Below are positions 24,615-38,886 of a stretch of 64,000 nucleotides of DNA, one piece after another; position 1 is the first letter of the stretch, and each line of letters opens with the position of its first letter. The notes under the pieces were generated by a model, which was not told where the DNA came from, did no database searches, and worked only from the letters and a program-made list of their open reading frames with translations. The translations under genes were made by a program, and so were the position numbers. Origin of the DNA: Paraspadella gotoi (taxonomy: Eukaryota; Animalia; Chaetognatha); the NCBI GenBank assembly GCA_051294375.1, contig CM119263.1:22095474-22159473 (forward strand), read 5' to 3'.

Positions 24615-24809
24615 ATTGTGAAACGAAAATGAGTATGAAGCTGATGAAAAATGTATTCATTTAAAATTCCTTGGAAACTCAAACAAAAAATTGTTAAAAT
24701 AACGAAATTCAGTAAATTGTCCATCTTTTATAACTTTGTTTGTTTGTTTCATTGAGAAGGTCATTTCTCAAAGTGGTGTTTTGTCTATGTCTTTATTAGT
24801 CTCTCTCTT

Positions 24810-24897
<88 letters not shown>

Positions 24898-25110
24898 ATC
24901 TGATCTCTCTCTCCTTGAAAAACAGTTTGTGAGGTATAAATTTTTGAGCGGTTGATTTCCTCGGAGGCAAATCGAACGTCGGAAATCGTCAAATGTTGTC
25001 GTCGACCGCGCCGTCACAGTCGTCGTCGTCGTCGTCGTCGTCGTCTCCAACGTCGCCGTCGACGCTGTTTTCGTCATCGTCATCGTCATCGTCACCGTTG
25101 AGTAGCCACG

Positions 25111-25678
25111 AAAGCGTTGCGATCATGAACAGGCTTGGACCAGTGAATATTTTTAAATAAAAAAGATTTATTTTCTATCTTCAATCTTCGCATACGCCCT
25201 TATTTATAAATAGTACTCACCATAAAAAATTCTAAAATTTTATAATGGTTTTTTCCTATTTTTGAAAGCAGATTCGAAATCCTCACGAAAAGTTGATAAA
25301 AAGAAATATAACTCTTTTTAGAAAATTAATTTATTAAAAGGGTCAAAATCATAAAAAATTGTTATAGTTAACTTATTTAATTTTAGTATAAAAAATATAG
25401 TTTTTTAAATTTTTAGCTAACTTAATGAACGAACTTTTGATTAAAACTTATATTTTCTTTTATCAACTTTTATGAGGAATTCGCATCTGCTTTCAAAACT
25501 AAAAAAAAAAACAACTATTTTTAAATTTTGACATTTTATAAGGTAAGTACTATGTATAAATGTGGGCGTATGCGAAAATTGATAAATTTTAAAAAAATGT
25601 TATATATTAATATTCTTTAGTACAAGACTGTTTATGAACAACTATTCGAATTTTGATCTGCAACTTTCACTACGCCTT
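25111..25678. mobile_element. Long-TIR MITE with a 10-bp target-site duplication (Mutator/Foldback-like)
   Basis: Imperfect arms of ~200 bp: tcaatcttcgcatacgccc (25181) / gggcgtatgcgaaaattga (25564); ttttgaaagcagat...aaaagttgataaaa / ttttatcaactttt...atctgctttcaaaa; aacaggcttggac / gtacaagactgtt. Direct repeat agtagccacg flanks it at 25101-25110 and 25679-25688. Confidence 0.75.
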
Positions 25679-26499
25679 AGTAGCCACGTGTTACCATTGA
25701 CGACTATATAGCTTTTTTTCTGTTATTCTGGTTTTTTTCTTTTTTTCGTTTTCTTTTTTTCGTTTTCTCGTTTTCGTTTCTCGTTTTCTCGTTTTCTTTT
25801 TCTCTACATGAATACGTTTTTTGAAGAATTTTCCCTCTTTTCTTCTTAATCAAAAATGTAAAAAAAAATTAACCAAATTAATAAATGAAAAAAAACCTTT
25901 CCGACTCAACGGCGCAAATTAGCGCAACACGGCGAAGACGATTTATGCATGAAGGGACAAAGAAGTCGCGGAGAGAATTAGTTCGCTTGAGTAGATTTTC
26001 GAATTTCCGTGACTCGCGGGATCGAGGCGAAGGTTGAGGCGAAAAAATTATAACGATATCCGGTGAAGTCACGTGAAAGTTGCAGAAATGTGAGTAGCGA
26101 GATCGTTATAAAATATACAGGTATTAAGAAAATATAAATAATCCATTGGGATGTTGGGGAAAGTTGGGTTGTTTTTTTTGTTTTTTTTATTTTGTTGTTT
26201 ATTTTGTTTTTTTGTTTTTTTTTGCGTTTCGACGATGAAATGAAAATCAATGCAAATAATGTAGTAATTCTGCGACGTGGTCTTTGGCGGCGGCGGAGGC
26301 GCTGACGGCGTATTGTTATGACGCCGCTCAATTGTTTTCCCGGTCGTTGACGGCGTTGTTTCCTAGATGACAATACTCACGACTATGAAAAGAACAATCA
26401 ATTTCAATTCTGATTCTAAAACGTTTTCGCCAATGTTGCCGGAGAACGAATTTTGAAAAAAAGTGGTTCACATCACATGCACAGGGGACATTAATTAAA

Positions 26500-26688
26500 T
26501 ATTAAGCAATTCGTAGTGGGATTTTTTTTTTTCCAATTTTCCGATTCTTTTGGACGAATCATTTTTCAAGGCAGTCCATCATTTATCACTCTGGACTGCC
26601 TTGAAATATTATTCCTCCATAATAATCGAAATATTACCAAAGAAATAATAAAAATGCTCTTGTAAATCCCACTACGAATTGCTTAATA
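26500..26688. mobile_element. Short palindromic MITE, 25-bp perfect terminal inverted repeat
   Basis: tattaagcaattcgtagtgggattt (26500-26524) / aaatcccactacgaattgcttaata (26664-26688); central hairpin ttcaaggcagtcca-N13-tggactgccttgaa; a related fragment lies at ~52568-52647. Confidence 0.75.
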
Positions 26689-28029
26689 CTAAGAAAAAAG
26701 AATTATTCTATAATTGTTGTACCTCATGGACTAAAAACAGTGGTTTCTATTTTGAAACATTTATCCTAAGTCGAGTCCTAGATTCTCAATTCTCCAATCC
26801 TCTCTTTCTCTGAATACACCTTTCGTTTCCTTNNNNNNNNNNTACCTCATGGACTAAATAAAAGAATGGTTTCTATTTTTAAACATTTATCCTAAGTCGA
26901 GTCCGATATTCTCAATTCTCCAATCCTCTCTTTCTCGTTTTATTCACCTTTCGTTTCCTTTCACTTTGGTTTCTTTCTTTTCCATTCCATCAGTTCTTTC
27001 CATATCCTAATCTGTCCCCCCCTTACGTATTTTATCTGCGACTTGTAAGCCATTTTTTATTACGACTCATTTTTCATGGGTAAGTCGTTCCCCGCTCTTT
27101 AGGTGCTCACCCCGCGCCTTACCTCCGCCTCCCCTTTTCTCAAAAAAAGGTCGCGTTTTAACCGGGGTCACTTGGCGAAAAGCCATAAACGCCCTCAATA
27201 CACCCCATTTGATATATTCCAACGTATTAAGCCTCATTCTCCCGTTTTATATCCCATTGTGCTCCGTTTTTTGGGAGGCCTTTCGCGCTTTTTTATAATA
27301 AATTTTTTTTTCAAGCCTTCGTCGATTGGCTTAGACGGGTTTTTCTCGTCGGCCGATCCGCGGAGACGAGTTCCTCTCGTCGGGTTCCGATCGGGGAAGA
27401 GACAATTTCTTTGTCGACGCCGACGGAATCAAAGGATGAGACGAGAGTCTCTATCTCTATCTCTATCTCTCTCTCCTTCACAGACGCTTGAATTATGTAT
27501 TAACTCTATTCAGTCAAAGTCGAAACGCGCGGTTTTTATTCATTGCCAATTTGCATGAGTTTTACGCGCGCTTATCCTCTCCTTTTTCGCTATTCTCTTT
27601 CACATTTTCTCCGCTTACATTCTCCACCGCCCTCTCTCTTTCTCTCTCGAGTTTTAATTCACCTCTGCTAGTTCTCTTCCTCTCTCTCTCTCGTCTCTCT
27701 CTCTCATCTCTCTCCCTCTCTCTTACGTCTCTCTCTCTCTCTCTCTCTCCGTCTTCTTTTTCTCGATTGTAGATTCTCTCTCTTTTATTAATCATCCTTA
27801 AAATCTTCATACCAACGGAATCAATAAACCGTTTCTTTAATTAAAACCATTTTCCCACTTTCCGTATTCGCTTAGCACTATTTTTTTTCTCTCTTCTTCA
27901 TCTATCCCTTTCTCCATTTCCATTTTACCATTTGCAAGTTCCCTTTCTTTCTCCGTCCATTTGCTCCACGCAAATTTTTTTCCCTCCGCTTACCAGTCCA
28001 TCATGAAGCCACAACTTCCTCAGTCAAGC

Positions 28030-28114
<85 letters not shown>

Positions 28115-29096
28115 TGACTGTGTTTAGTTCCCTCGCCGCCTGGGCGGATTGTCATTAGCGTCAGTCTTGGGGTTAAAATTGCCATAGTAGTTGTGAGTCC
28201 ACGGGTGCGGTTCACTTTTTTTCACAAGTTTACGATCTGTGAGAAACGCGACGACATTTTTCAAATTTTGGAATCGCGAGGTGATCAAGTTACGCTCCTT
28301 TGTTGATTAACGATGCCGGGCAACCGTCAAGTGACGTTTTCTGCTGCTCATTAGTCACATCGAAAGTTTGTCGTGATTTTCATCCACCCCTACCGCTCTT
28401 CAACTGATAAACCTCATGCCGTAGTTATCTCTTTTTATCTCTCCCCCTTTTCTCCCATTTCTTTCAGTCCCTTCCAGCCCACGATTTGGTTTGACGTCCC
28501 AAGGCTCTCTCATCTCTCTCTCTCTCTCTCTCTTCTCTCTCATCTCTCATCTCTCTCTCTCTCACTCTCTTCTCTTCTTCTCTCATCTCCTCTCTTCTCT
28601 CTCTCTCTCTCTCTCCGTTTCTTTTTATCTAATTTCCTTTGCACCTTTGGCCTCTCGAGAGATTAACATACTGGACTATCCGCTGTGGAAGTTGCCGGCT
28701 CCTCCGATATCTCCCAGCTCAGTTTCCTTCTCTCTCTCTCTCTCATCTTCATCTCTTCTCCTCTCATCGTCTCTCTCGTCTCTCTCTCTTTCTCTCTCTC
28801 ATCTCTCTCTCTCTCACTAGTTTATAGCTTTTTTTGTTTTCATTTTTTCTTTATCGCCTCGAGGTCAAACTCTCACACCTGCTCACGATTCAAAGAGAAA
28901 AAAAGAAAGATCCCAACTTAATTTTTATGAGCTCACATTTACGTATACGTACTTAGACCATTTTTTCTATCGTTTTGAACTTAATGATAAAATTTCCATG
29001 TCCGATTCATGCCATCTGTGGCATTGATGCCATCTTTCTTTCATTGCCGTCTCGCGGAAATCCGAATCTTTACTTCATGATCAACTCGAATCGCAG

Positions 29097-29121
29097 NNNN
29101 NNNNNNNNNNNNNNNNNNNNN
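29097..29121. other. 25-N assembly gap (others of exactly 25 N at 10418-10442, 15248-15272, 39393-39417, 60211-60235; 10 N at 26833-26842; longer gaps at 648-1038, 54108-54371, 55005-55227)
   Basis: N runs counted directly. Confidence 0.97.
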
Positions 29122-29505
29122 TTTAACGATCGGCGAATGGTGACAAAAAGCGGTGAATTGACGGTGGACGAAAGAAAGCTCAACGGACGCAGCTGCGATT
29201 CGAGTTGAATGCATGAGTAAAGATTTCGGATTTCCGCGAGACGGCAATGAAAGAAAGATGGCATCAATGCCACAGATGGCATGAATTCGGATCATGGAAA
29301 TTTATCATTAAGTTCAAAACGATAGAAAAAATGGTCTAAGTACGTATACGTAAATGTGAGCTCAATAAAAATTAAGTTGTGGATCTTTCTTTTTTTTCTC
29401 CTTGAATCGTGAGCAGGTGTGAGAGTTTTTTTGACCATCGAGGCGATAAAGAGAAAAATGACAACAAAAAAAGGCTATAAAACTAGTGAGAGAGAGAAGG
29501 AGACG

Positions 29506-29566
<61 letters not shown>

Positions 29567-29778
29567 AGAGAGAGATAGAGAGAAGAGAGAGAAGAGAGAG
29601 AAGGAAATGAGGGGAGTATATCGGAGAGCGGCAACTTCCACCAGCGGAAGCAGATGTAATCTCTCGAGAGCCAAAGGTGCAAAAGGAAATATAGATAAAA
29701 AAGAAACGGAGAGAGAGAGAAGAGAGAGAGAGAGAGGAGAGAGAGAAAGAGAGAGAGAGAGAGATAGAGAGAGAGAGA

Positions 29779-29817
<39 letters not shown>

Positions 29818-30780
29818 CTTGGGGTAAACAAATCCTGGGCTTGAAGGGACAGGAAAGAAATGGGAAGAAAAGGGGGAGAGATAAAAAGATAACTACGGCA
29901 TGAGGTTTATCAGTTTGAAGGAGGCGGATAAGGGGTGGATGAAAAATCACGACAAACTTTCCGATGTACTAAATGAGGCAGCAGAAAAACGGTGCATTGA
30001 CGTTGCCCCGGCACATCGTTAATGCAAACAAAGTGAGCGTAACTTGATCAACGCTTCGCGATCTGGCCAAAATTTTGAAAAAATGTCGTCGCGTTTCTCA
30101 CAGAATCGTAAACTTGTGAAAAAAAGTGAAACCGCACCGAGTGGACGATCACAACTATGATGGCAATTTTAATAACTAGCATGGAAGAGATATGGCGCCC
30201 GGTAGGCCCAAGACTAGACGCCTATATGACAATTCCGTCCCAGAGCGGACGAGGGAACTTGAACAGTATCGTCCAGAACTGTCTCTCGATCATCTCATCT
30301 CGTTCATTCTCTCCCTCTCTCTTCCTCTCATCCCGTCGTCTATCTATCTCTCTCCGGACGTGTGAGCATGTATTAATAAATTTTCTTCCGGTACATCGCC
30401 CGGTATTCTCGTTCACCGCTCAGTATCTCAGTCTCTGTCACTTCTCCTTTTTCTCTTTCGGCGCCTTAGGGGACTGAGGAAGTTTGTGGCTTCATAGTGG
30501 ACAGCTGGTAAGCCGGAGGGAAAACAATTTGCGTGAGCAAATGGACGGAGAAAGAAAGGGAACTGGCAAATGGTAAAATGGAAAAAAAAAGAATTGGAGG
30601 AAAGGGATGATGAAGAAGAGAAAGAAAAAAAAAATAGTGCTAAGGCGAATACGCGGAAAGTGGGAAAGTGGTTTTTAATTTAATAGAAAACGGTTTTTTA
30701 TTGATTCCGGTTGTATGAAGATTTAAAATGATTTAAATAACTAGAGAGAGAATTAAAATCAGAAAGGAAGAGAGGAGAGA

Positions 30781-30819
<39 letters not shown>

Positions 30820-33736
30820 CAGAGAGAGAGAGAGAGAGACTAAGAGAAGTGATAAAAATCGAGGAGAAGAGAAAGAGCGAAGGGGCGGTGGAGAATGTAG
30901 CGGAGAAAATGTGAAAAGAGAATAGCGAAAAAGGGAGGATAAGCGCGCGTAAAACAACCATGAAATTGGCAATGAAGTAAAAACGCGCCAGCGTTTCGGA
31001 CTTTGACATGATAAGTAGTTTAATACATAATTCAAGCGTCTGTGAAGGAGAGAGAGAATAGAGATAGAGAATTAGAGAGCTCTCGTCTGTCATCCGTTAT
31101 GATTCCCCGGAGGTCGGCGATCGACAAAGAAAATTGTCTCTTCCCGCGATGCGGAACCCGACGAGAGGAAACTCGTCTCCGCGGATGCGGCCGACGAGAA
31201 ACCCGTCTATGAGCCAATCGCGAAGGCTTGAAAAAAAAATAAATTTTTTATTATAAAAAGCGCGGAAAGGCCTCTCAAAAAAAACGGAAGCCACTGTAAT
31301 GGGATATAAAACGGAGAATGAGGCTTAATGACGTTGGAATAATATCAAATGGGGTGTATTGAGGGCGTATGGCTTTTTCGCCAAGTGACCCCGGTTAAAA
31401 CGCGACCTTATTTTTTGAGAAAAGGGAGGCGGAGGTAAGAGGCGGCGGGGTGAGCAACCTAAAGAGCGGGGAAGCGACGTTAACGCAATGAAAATGAGTG
31501 GTAATAAAAAAGGGCTTACAAGTCGGCGAGATAAAATACAAGGGGGGGGACAATTTAGGATAATGGAAGAACTGATTGGAATGGAAAAGAAAAGAACGAC
31601 AATCAGTGGAAGCAAAGGAAACGAAAAGGAGTATTCAGAGCAAGAGAGGATTGGAGGAATTGAGAATCTAGGTACTCGACTTAGGGATAATGTTCTCAAA
31701 TAGAAAACCACACTGTTTTTAGTCGCATTGAGGTACAACAATTATCGAATTAATTTCTTTTTTTCTTAGTATAAGCAATTCGTTAGTGGGATTTACAAGA
31801 GCATTTTTATTATTTCTTTGGTCAATATTTCCGATTATTATGGAGGAAATATTTCAAGGCAAGTCCAGAGTGATAAATGATGGACTTGCCTTGAAAAAAA
31901 TGTTCGTCCGAAAGAATCGGAAAATTGGAAAAAAAAATCGCCACTCACGAAATTGCTTAATATTTAATTAATGTCCCCTGCTTGCATGTGATGTGAACCA
32001 ACTTTTTTCAAAATTCGTTCCTCCGCGGCGAACGTTGTGGCGAAACAAAACGTTTTAGAACTCAGATTGAAATTGAATTGTTCTTTTCAGATAGTCGTGA
32101 TTTTAAAAATTTTTAGTCATCTAGGAAACACGGCCGTCAAGCGACGCGGGAAAAACAATTGAGCGGCGTCAATAACAATACGCCGATCAGCCGAGGCCTC
32201 CTGCCGCCGCCAAAGAACCACGTCGCAAGAATTACTAGCATTATTTGCATTGATTTTCATTTCATCGCGAAACGCAAAAAAAAAAACCAAAAACAAAGAA
32301 TAAAAAACAACAAAAATAAAAAAAAAAAAAAACCAAGACCTTTCCCAACAATCCCATGGATTATTTATATTTTCTTAATACCTGTTATAAATTTTTAATA
32401 ACGATCTCGCTACTCACATTTCTGCAACTTTCCACGTGACATTTCACGATATCGTTATAAATTTTTTTCGCCTCAACCTTCGCCTCGATCGCCCGCGAAG
32501 TCACGGAAAATTTCGAAAATCCTACTGCAGCGAACTAGATTCTCGTTCCGGCGACTTCTTTTGTCCCTTTCATGCATAAGATCGGTTTCGCCGTGTTGCG
32601 CTAATTTGCGGCCGAATATTGGGAAGTTCGGAAGGTTTTTTTTCATTTATTAATAATTGGTTGAATTTTTTTTTTAATCATTTTTGAATTAAGAAGAAAT
32701 GAGGGAAAATTTCTTCCAAAAACGTGATTCATGTCAGAGAAAGAAAACGAGAAAAGCGAGAAACGGAAAACGAGAAACGACAAAAAGAACAGAAAAAGAA
32801 AATAAACCAGAATAAGCAGAAAAAAAAAAGCCATTATAGTGCGTCAATGGTAACACGTGGCTACTAAAGGCGTAGTGAAAGATTTGCAGAATCAAAATTC
32901 GAATAGTTGTGTCATGACTTGAAAACAGTCTTGTACTAAAGAATATTAATATATAACATTTTTTTTTAAAATTTATCATTTTTCGCATGATCGCCCTACA
33001 TTTATCATAGTTACTTACCTTATAAAGATGTCAAAATTTGTTAAAAATAGTGTTTTTTTTTTAGTTTTGAAAAAGGCAGATGCGGAATCCGTCACATAAA
33101 AAGTTGATAAAGAAAATATAAGTTTTTTTAATCAAAGTTCGTTCATTAAGTTAGCTAAAATTTAAAAAACTATATTTTTTTTTTATTACTAAACATTAAA
33201 ATAAGTTAAAACTATAAACAATTTTTTATGATTTTGACTGCTTTTAATAAATTAATTTTCTAAAACAGAAGAGTTATATTTTCTTTTTATATCAACTTTT
33301 TCGTGAGGAAATTTCGAGATCTGCTTGTCCAAAAATAGGAAAAACCATTATACAAATTTTAGAATTTTTGTATGGTGAGTAAATATTTAATAAATAAGGG
33401 CGGTATGCGAAGATTAGAAGATAGTGAAAATAAATCTTTTTTATAAAAATATTTCAACTGGTCCAAGCCCTGTTCATGATCGCGCAACGTTCGTGGCTAC
33501 TCAACGGTGACGATGACGATGACGGGATGACGAAACAGCGTCGACGGCGACGTCCTTTGGAAGACGACGACGCACGACGACGGGGACGAAGACTGGTGAC
33601 GGGGCGGCGGGTCGACGACACATTTGACGAATTTCCCGACGTTCGAAACGACTTGCGCTCCGGAGGAAATCAACCGCTCAAAAATTTTATAGCCTCACAA
33701 ACTGTTTTCCAGGGAAGAGATAAAGAGAGATCAGAT

Positions 33737-33797
<61 letters not shown>

Positions 33798-34012
33798 CGA
33801 GAGAGAGAGAGAGAGAAAGAGAGAGACTAATAAAGACATAGACAAACACCACTTTGAAGAAATGACCTTCTCATGAAACAAACAAACCAAAGTTATAAAA
33901 GATGGCAATTTACTGAATTTCGTTATTTTAACAATTTTTGTTTGAGTTTCCAAGGAATTTTTAAATGAATACATTTTCATGACAGCTTCATACTCATTTT
34001 GCGTTTCACAAT

Positions 34013-35333
34013 TCATTCTTATCGAATTCCAAAATGAATCTGTTGTCCGCAATCCAGTAGCGATGCGTTTCCATTTTTTTATTCGCCATCCACATCTCCC
34101 GCAAAAATGCTCTTTCCGTTGATGTTGTCCGGATTGATTGATGTCGCCAGATTGCTCCATTTATACGGTTTGACTTTCGGTGGAGGAATACAGCTGAAGT
34201 CCCATGTATTGTCTGGTATAAACCCTAAATTAAAATTGTTCATTAATTAAATAAACAAGCTAGTACGGCCGCCATCACTTCTTACAATAATAATAGCAAA
34301 GCAAGATCCGACACGCTTTCAATCAAGACTCTCTAAAAGTATTGCTTAGGTAATATGTAATAACCATGGCTTCTCTTAAATATATTTTTTTACTGCTTTG
34401 GACCAGGAGCTGTGCACTTCAATTCACATTTTTTGGAATTTTTTGATTTTTTTGTTAATTTTTTTACGGACTCCAAAAAAAAGGTGCCACATAAAATGGT
34501 TAAGAACCGACTAATATCCGACTATTAATGATAATGCCGCTACTTTTTTTTCAAAAATGCTCCTTTTACATACATAATTTCATGATACATTTGATTAATT
34601 TTAAATAATAAACTTTAATCAGTTAAGCAAAGTAATCTTGAAATTTTGATCCAGCATATCCGGTCTAACTGACAATGTCCCTTTTATGACCTACCCATGT
34701 CTTGAAGCCGATCCCACCAGCCGGTCATGCCGTGTTCGCCTCTTCTCACCTTCCAACTTTGAGAATTGATGTTCAGTCCTCGCTCCTCAACCAAAAACGA
34801 GATGGCCTCCCTTTTCCATGCAGTAGTGTCAGCGGCGAACCATCTCATCGGAGTCTCCACGACCATGTTAGCAACTCTTTGGCTGAGAGAGGGCGGGCAG
34901 AAAAAGCCGGAGGCGGCCTGTTGAGGTGCTGGGTTCCAGCGTTTCCGAGAAGAGCCTTTCAGAATTTTGGATATGGGTGGTTGAAAGAATGCGAAAAAAG
35001 GCGTCTCGTTAATTGTAAATCGCTTGAGCGAATTATTATGTACAATTGGTATATTTACGATAAAATGTTACCAGATCTTCTGTAAGATTTAAAGGTTAAT
35101 CTGTTCGCTGAATAGTTCAATATTCAAATATTAAAAAAAAAAACAAATAAAAAAACCTCAACTGTGTGATTCCTATCGACGGTCCTCTGCTCCCTTTCTA
35201 TGTTGTCAGTTTGGTGTTGAGCTCCGCGCATTGCCTGCCGAGACGCAGACGCCGTACAAATAATTTTTCCGACGACCGTTGGCGAACGCCGGCCATCGCC
35301 GCCACAATCGTCAAAAGTCGCCGTCAACCACAT
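34013..35333 (-). pseudogene. Frameshifted inverted copy of lectin 2 (probably assembly artefact)
   Basis: Reverse complement of 23338-24614 including introns, with many single-base indels (ORF fragments MWLTAT..., MVVETPMRWFAADT...). Confidence 0.6.
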
Positions 35334-37840
35334 TTTGAGGAACAAAAATTAGAAAAGTCGCAATAAAAGTGAGGAAAGAGCGCGGAAATCGTTTGCTTTT
35401 GACGATTTGTGTCGGAGGAATGGACAAGAGTCGCCCCACTAATTTATTAGTAGGGGAGGAAGACATTCACCTTTTTAAGTGATAGCAAATCCGAGGTGAC
35501 AGGTTGAAAAGGAAACTAAGGAAGTTGACATTGAGTTGTTTGAGTTTTAAAGAAGTATGGCTCCCAAAAAAGGAAAGAAAAGAAAAAAGAATAGACGCGG
35601 GTTCGTGGGTTCGGCGATCTGCAGATCTAGCGGCACTTTTTTTAATTAAATAATCGGAAGTTTGCTATTCCTAATTGTGTGAATTTCTACAATTTCGTTG
35701 TGGCGTTTGGATTTAGCCATAAGAAAATCTTTTGTTTCGACACAAGCGAAGTTTTATTTATTAAAACAACAAAAAGACTTTCGTGATTTTATATCTCCAA
35801 ATTTAAAGACATTGCCCTTCAATTCTATTTTGTAAAGTGAAAAAAGAAAAGAAAAAAACCAGCTACGTATGACGGTGTAGTATTATTATCAATCAATGAA
35901 CATATGGCAAAAGAAATATTCGAGTCACTAGCACTGATTCGGTAGTCAATTGATCAAATAACGCAGGCGCCTTCTTTCCCCTTGTTTACCCATAAATTTT
36001 TAAATTTGAATCCTTGTAAACTCACTTTGTCTGAATCTTATTTACTACGGCTTTCTTTCTTTTGCAATTGTTTTCTTTTTTTCTATTTTTTTCTTTGTTT
36101 GTTTTTTCTTTCTTATTTTTTTTCTTTTTGGCCTTTCAAACTGTTTTTTCTTTCTTTCTTTTAATTTTTTTCTTTTTTTCTTTCTGCTATAAATACCCAA
36201 TTACCCATCCCTCACATAACTTTTACAGCGCAACAACAATAATCATACGGCTAATACGTATTTGAGTTAGAGACACGCCCTTCATAGGAACACACCAAAT
36301 CTGCATAGAACTTCAAAAAGGGTCAACTTAAAAAAAAATGGTCTAGGTCGCAGGGAATTGGGAGATTTATCGTCTTTATGTCTTCTATATAAAATATAAT
36401 AATATACAGAATGGCAGAGATTCTTTCTTGTCCACTTTGTCTCATGGGTTCTATTTTGAGATTCAACAAACCAACATGAAACGGAGGGGGAAAAATTGTT
36501 CAAAATATAACGATTTAAAATTTTCTAAAAAAATGTTGAATTAAATTTTACGTCAATCATTTCTGACAAGATTTTCGTGTTTTCTCACTGTTTGGGATTT
36601 AGGTAAATCCTTTTGAGGTTCCCTTTGAAGCCTGCCCTTTTTTATAAGATTTTTTGAATGCAGTATCGACCTCACCTTAAATACATATTTTTTTGTTTAC
36701 AACAGGATTATATTTATTTAAACATATTTTAATGTATGAAAATCTTGCGCTGGCCACTTATGTTTGATAATCAATGATGAGAATGTCAAACATTTTCTTT
36801 AGAAGCCCCTAAAAAATTAGGGCACCAAAACGGTTTATGATAGAAGAAAAAAGGGACTATATTGGACTAAGTTAAATTTTTTTGGATCGATATCAAAAAA
36901 CGTCTGGAAAATCTAACAGCAATTACTGTAAATGATGCTTTTTGTATAACATGTCGAAAATTCTTCTCGCCGCTTCCTTTCAAAATTTAAGCAAATTTTG
37001 GCAAATTTAAGCAAATTCTGACTTTTGGTCGCGCAGATTTTCTGACTGCAATCCCCTGATTGATGAAAATGTAGAATACAAGAGAAAATGTTCCACGCAT
37101 CTCCTCTATAACTGTCAACCTGCAACAATAAGGACAGAACATGACAGCATTCTAACGGTGCGGTCCCAAAAGTATATGCCGCCTTCCACTGAGAACTTAG
37201 AAAGATCATGATTGCGGATTTGAATCTTTTAATTGATTGTGATATCATTACAACTTTTTACAAGTGTTCCAATTTTCATTCAATTTTTTTTTATTATTAA
37301 GTATTCGCAGTCCCTGAGCCTCGGATCAGGACGTAACACCATGTTCAGGCGGGTAAGGAATGGCGACCACCGGGCTAGAACCAGGACCTCTTGATTGGGG
37401 TCGAATGACTTGCCTCCTGCACTAATGCCGCTGATAAACGGTCCACCATAACGAAAAAAGAGAGAGCGAGACAAGTAATTTCTTAGACAACATATGCCGA
37501 AAATTAGGTAACTTATCTTAAGTTTTTTGTGGAAGACGATGCCGCGAGCAGTTCACCGTCCGTTGCACACACGGTCCTCCAGTGGGTAGACACCCCGTCC
37601 CGCTTTTACTTGTGTTAATCAGGAGGGCGCGAAACGCGATCTTTGGGTTGGGAGGAGCTCGTGCTACCACCGCGCCAAAGGTGCTGCTGATTCGCGGACG
37701 AGTACGGGGTATGAAATACTACCTCTACATCTTGAACTATTTTTTTCCCACAAAACGAATGAAGCTTCATGAAATTAAACTATATTTGCGAGAATATCAT
37801 GTATAAATTTAGCATTCAATTACTATTTTAATTCAAGCTT

Positions 37841-38814
37841 TCATTGTTTGTCGTATTCGCAGATGAAGCGCCCTCCTTTGAAGTCTGGCCGTGGCATCGT
37901 TCCACCTCCTGTTGCGTTCCAGATTTCCGCCCAGTGCTCTTTGCCTGGTTGTCGTCCGGTTGTCCGTTGTCCAGAATGTGTAGGTCACGTCTTTTTCTCC
38001 GTGGCGGATCTCCAAGTGTAATGACCGTGTGACCTAGTATTAAATAGCGGTTAAGCAATTATAATGCCATTTATAACATACATAATTACTTTTTTTCAAA
38101 ATTAGATATTATGATTTAACTTTACTGAAAGACATTTCCTATAGACACACAGACAGACGAACAGAACAACCAAAAATAGTCAACAACGATTCGCAACACA
38201 GCCAGATAGATCATTGTTCGTCGAAAGCCGTAACCCATGTCGGAAGCTCCGATCCACCACGGGTCGTTTCCGTAGCCCTGTAGTCGATCTGTTCCCTGAG
38301 GAAGTCCATCTCGTGTTGATCTTCGATGAAGACGAGATGGGATCCATTTCTCCGCAGGTTGGAAAGCCTCGAACCACCCGTCTTGTCCTCCACGAACATG
38401 TAGCAGCTCTGCGGACGAGACCGCTGGCAGAAGAATCCTCGCGGACGGTCCGGAAAATAGATTTACGAGGTGTCCATGGAAGTCCTGGTTGTTTATTGAT
38501 AAAATTAAAGAATATATTAAGTCTTTTAAGTCTTTTACGATAAAATAAAATTATGGCCTAAATGGAAATTAGATCCTTGAAATCATTCACTGACAGCAAA
38601 TTTAGATGTCAGTAACGTGCATGTCATTAAATAAAAAATAAAACTTACCTTTCGGCTGCCCCGCTGGCATCGAGATCGTTGAGCTTCTGTTCCAAGTGGC
38701 CCAGTTTTTCCTCACGCTTTAAGGCTCTAGAGACGCCGACTCCCTGGCAGGTTTCGAAGGCCGACGCACCGAGGCCAGCGCAGCCACCACCGACAAAGTC
38801 GCCGTTAACCACAT
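37841..38814 (-). pseudogene. Frameshifted inverted copy of lectin 1 (probably assembly artefact)
   Basis: Reverse complement of 19853-20845 including both introns, with scattered 1-few nt indels breaking all exons; lies inside the inverted duplicate block 29122-38886. Confidence 0.6.
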
Positions 38815-38886
38815 TTGTTGCGGAAAGAAAAAAACCAGAGAAAATAAAAGAACAAAAAAAACAAAAAAAACTTCGAGCCAAAAGTG

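Larger units (their letters stand above)
29122..38886 (-). repeat. 9.8-kb inverted duplicate of 19780-29096 (copy 1)
   Basis: ctgcgattcgagttg near 29193 is the reverse complement of the bases just before the N25 gap at 29097-29121; the block ends cttcgagccaaaagtg (38886), the reverse complement of 19780 onward. Collinear throughout, with indel-dominated differences. Confidence 0.95.

Noticed and set aside
26719-26960. ~115-bp tandem duplication
   Set aside because: The copies flank a 10-N gap and the inverted long-read copy (~31620-31740) shows only one unit; it is an unmerged contig overlap.
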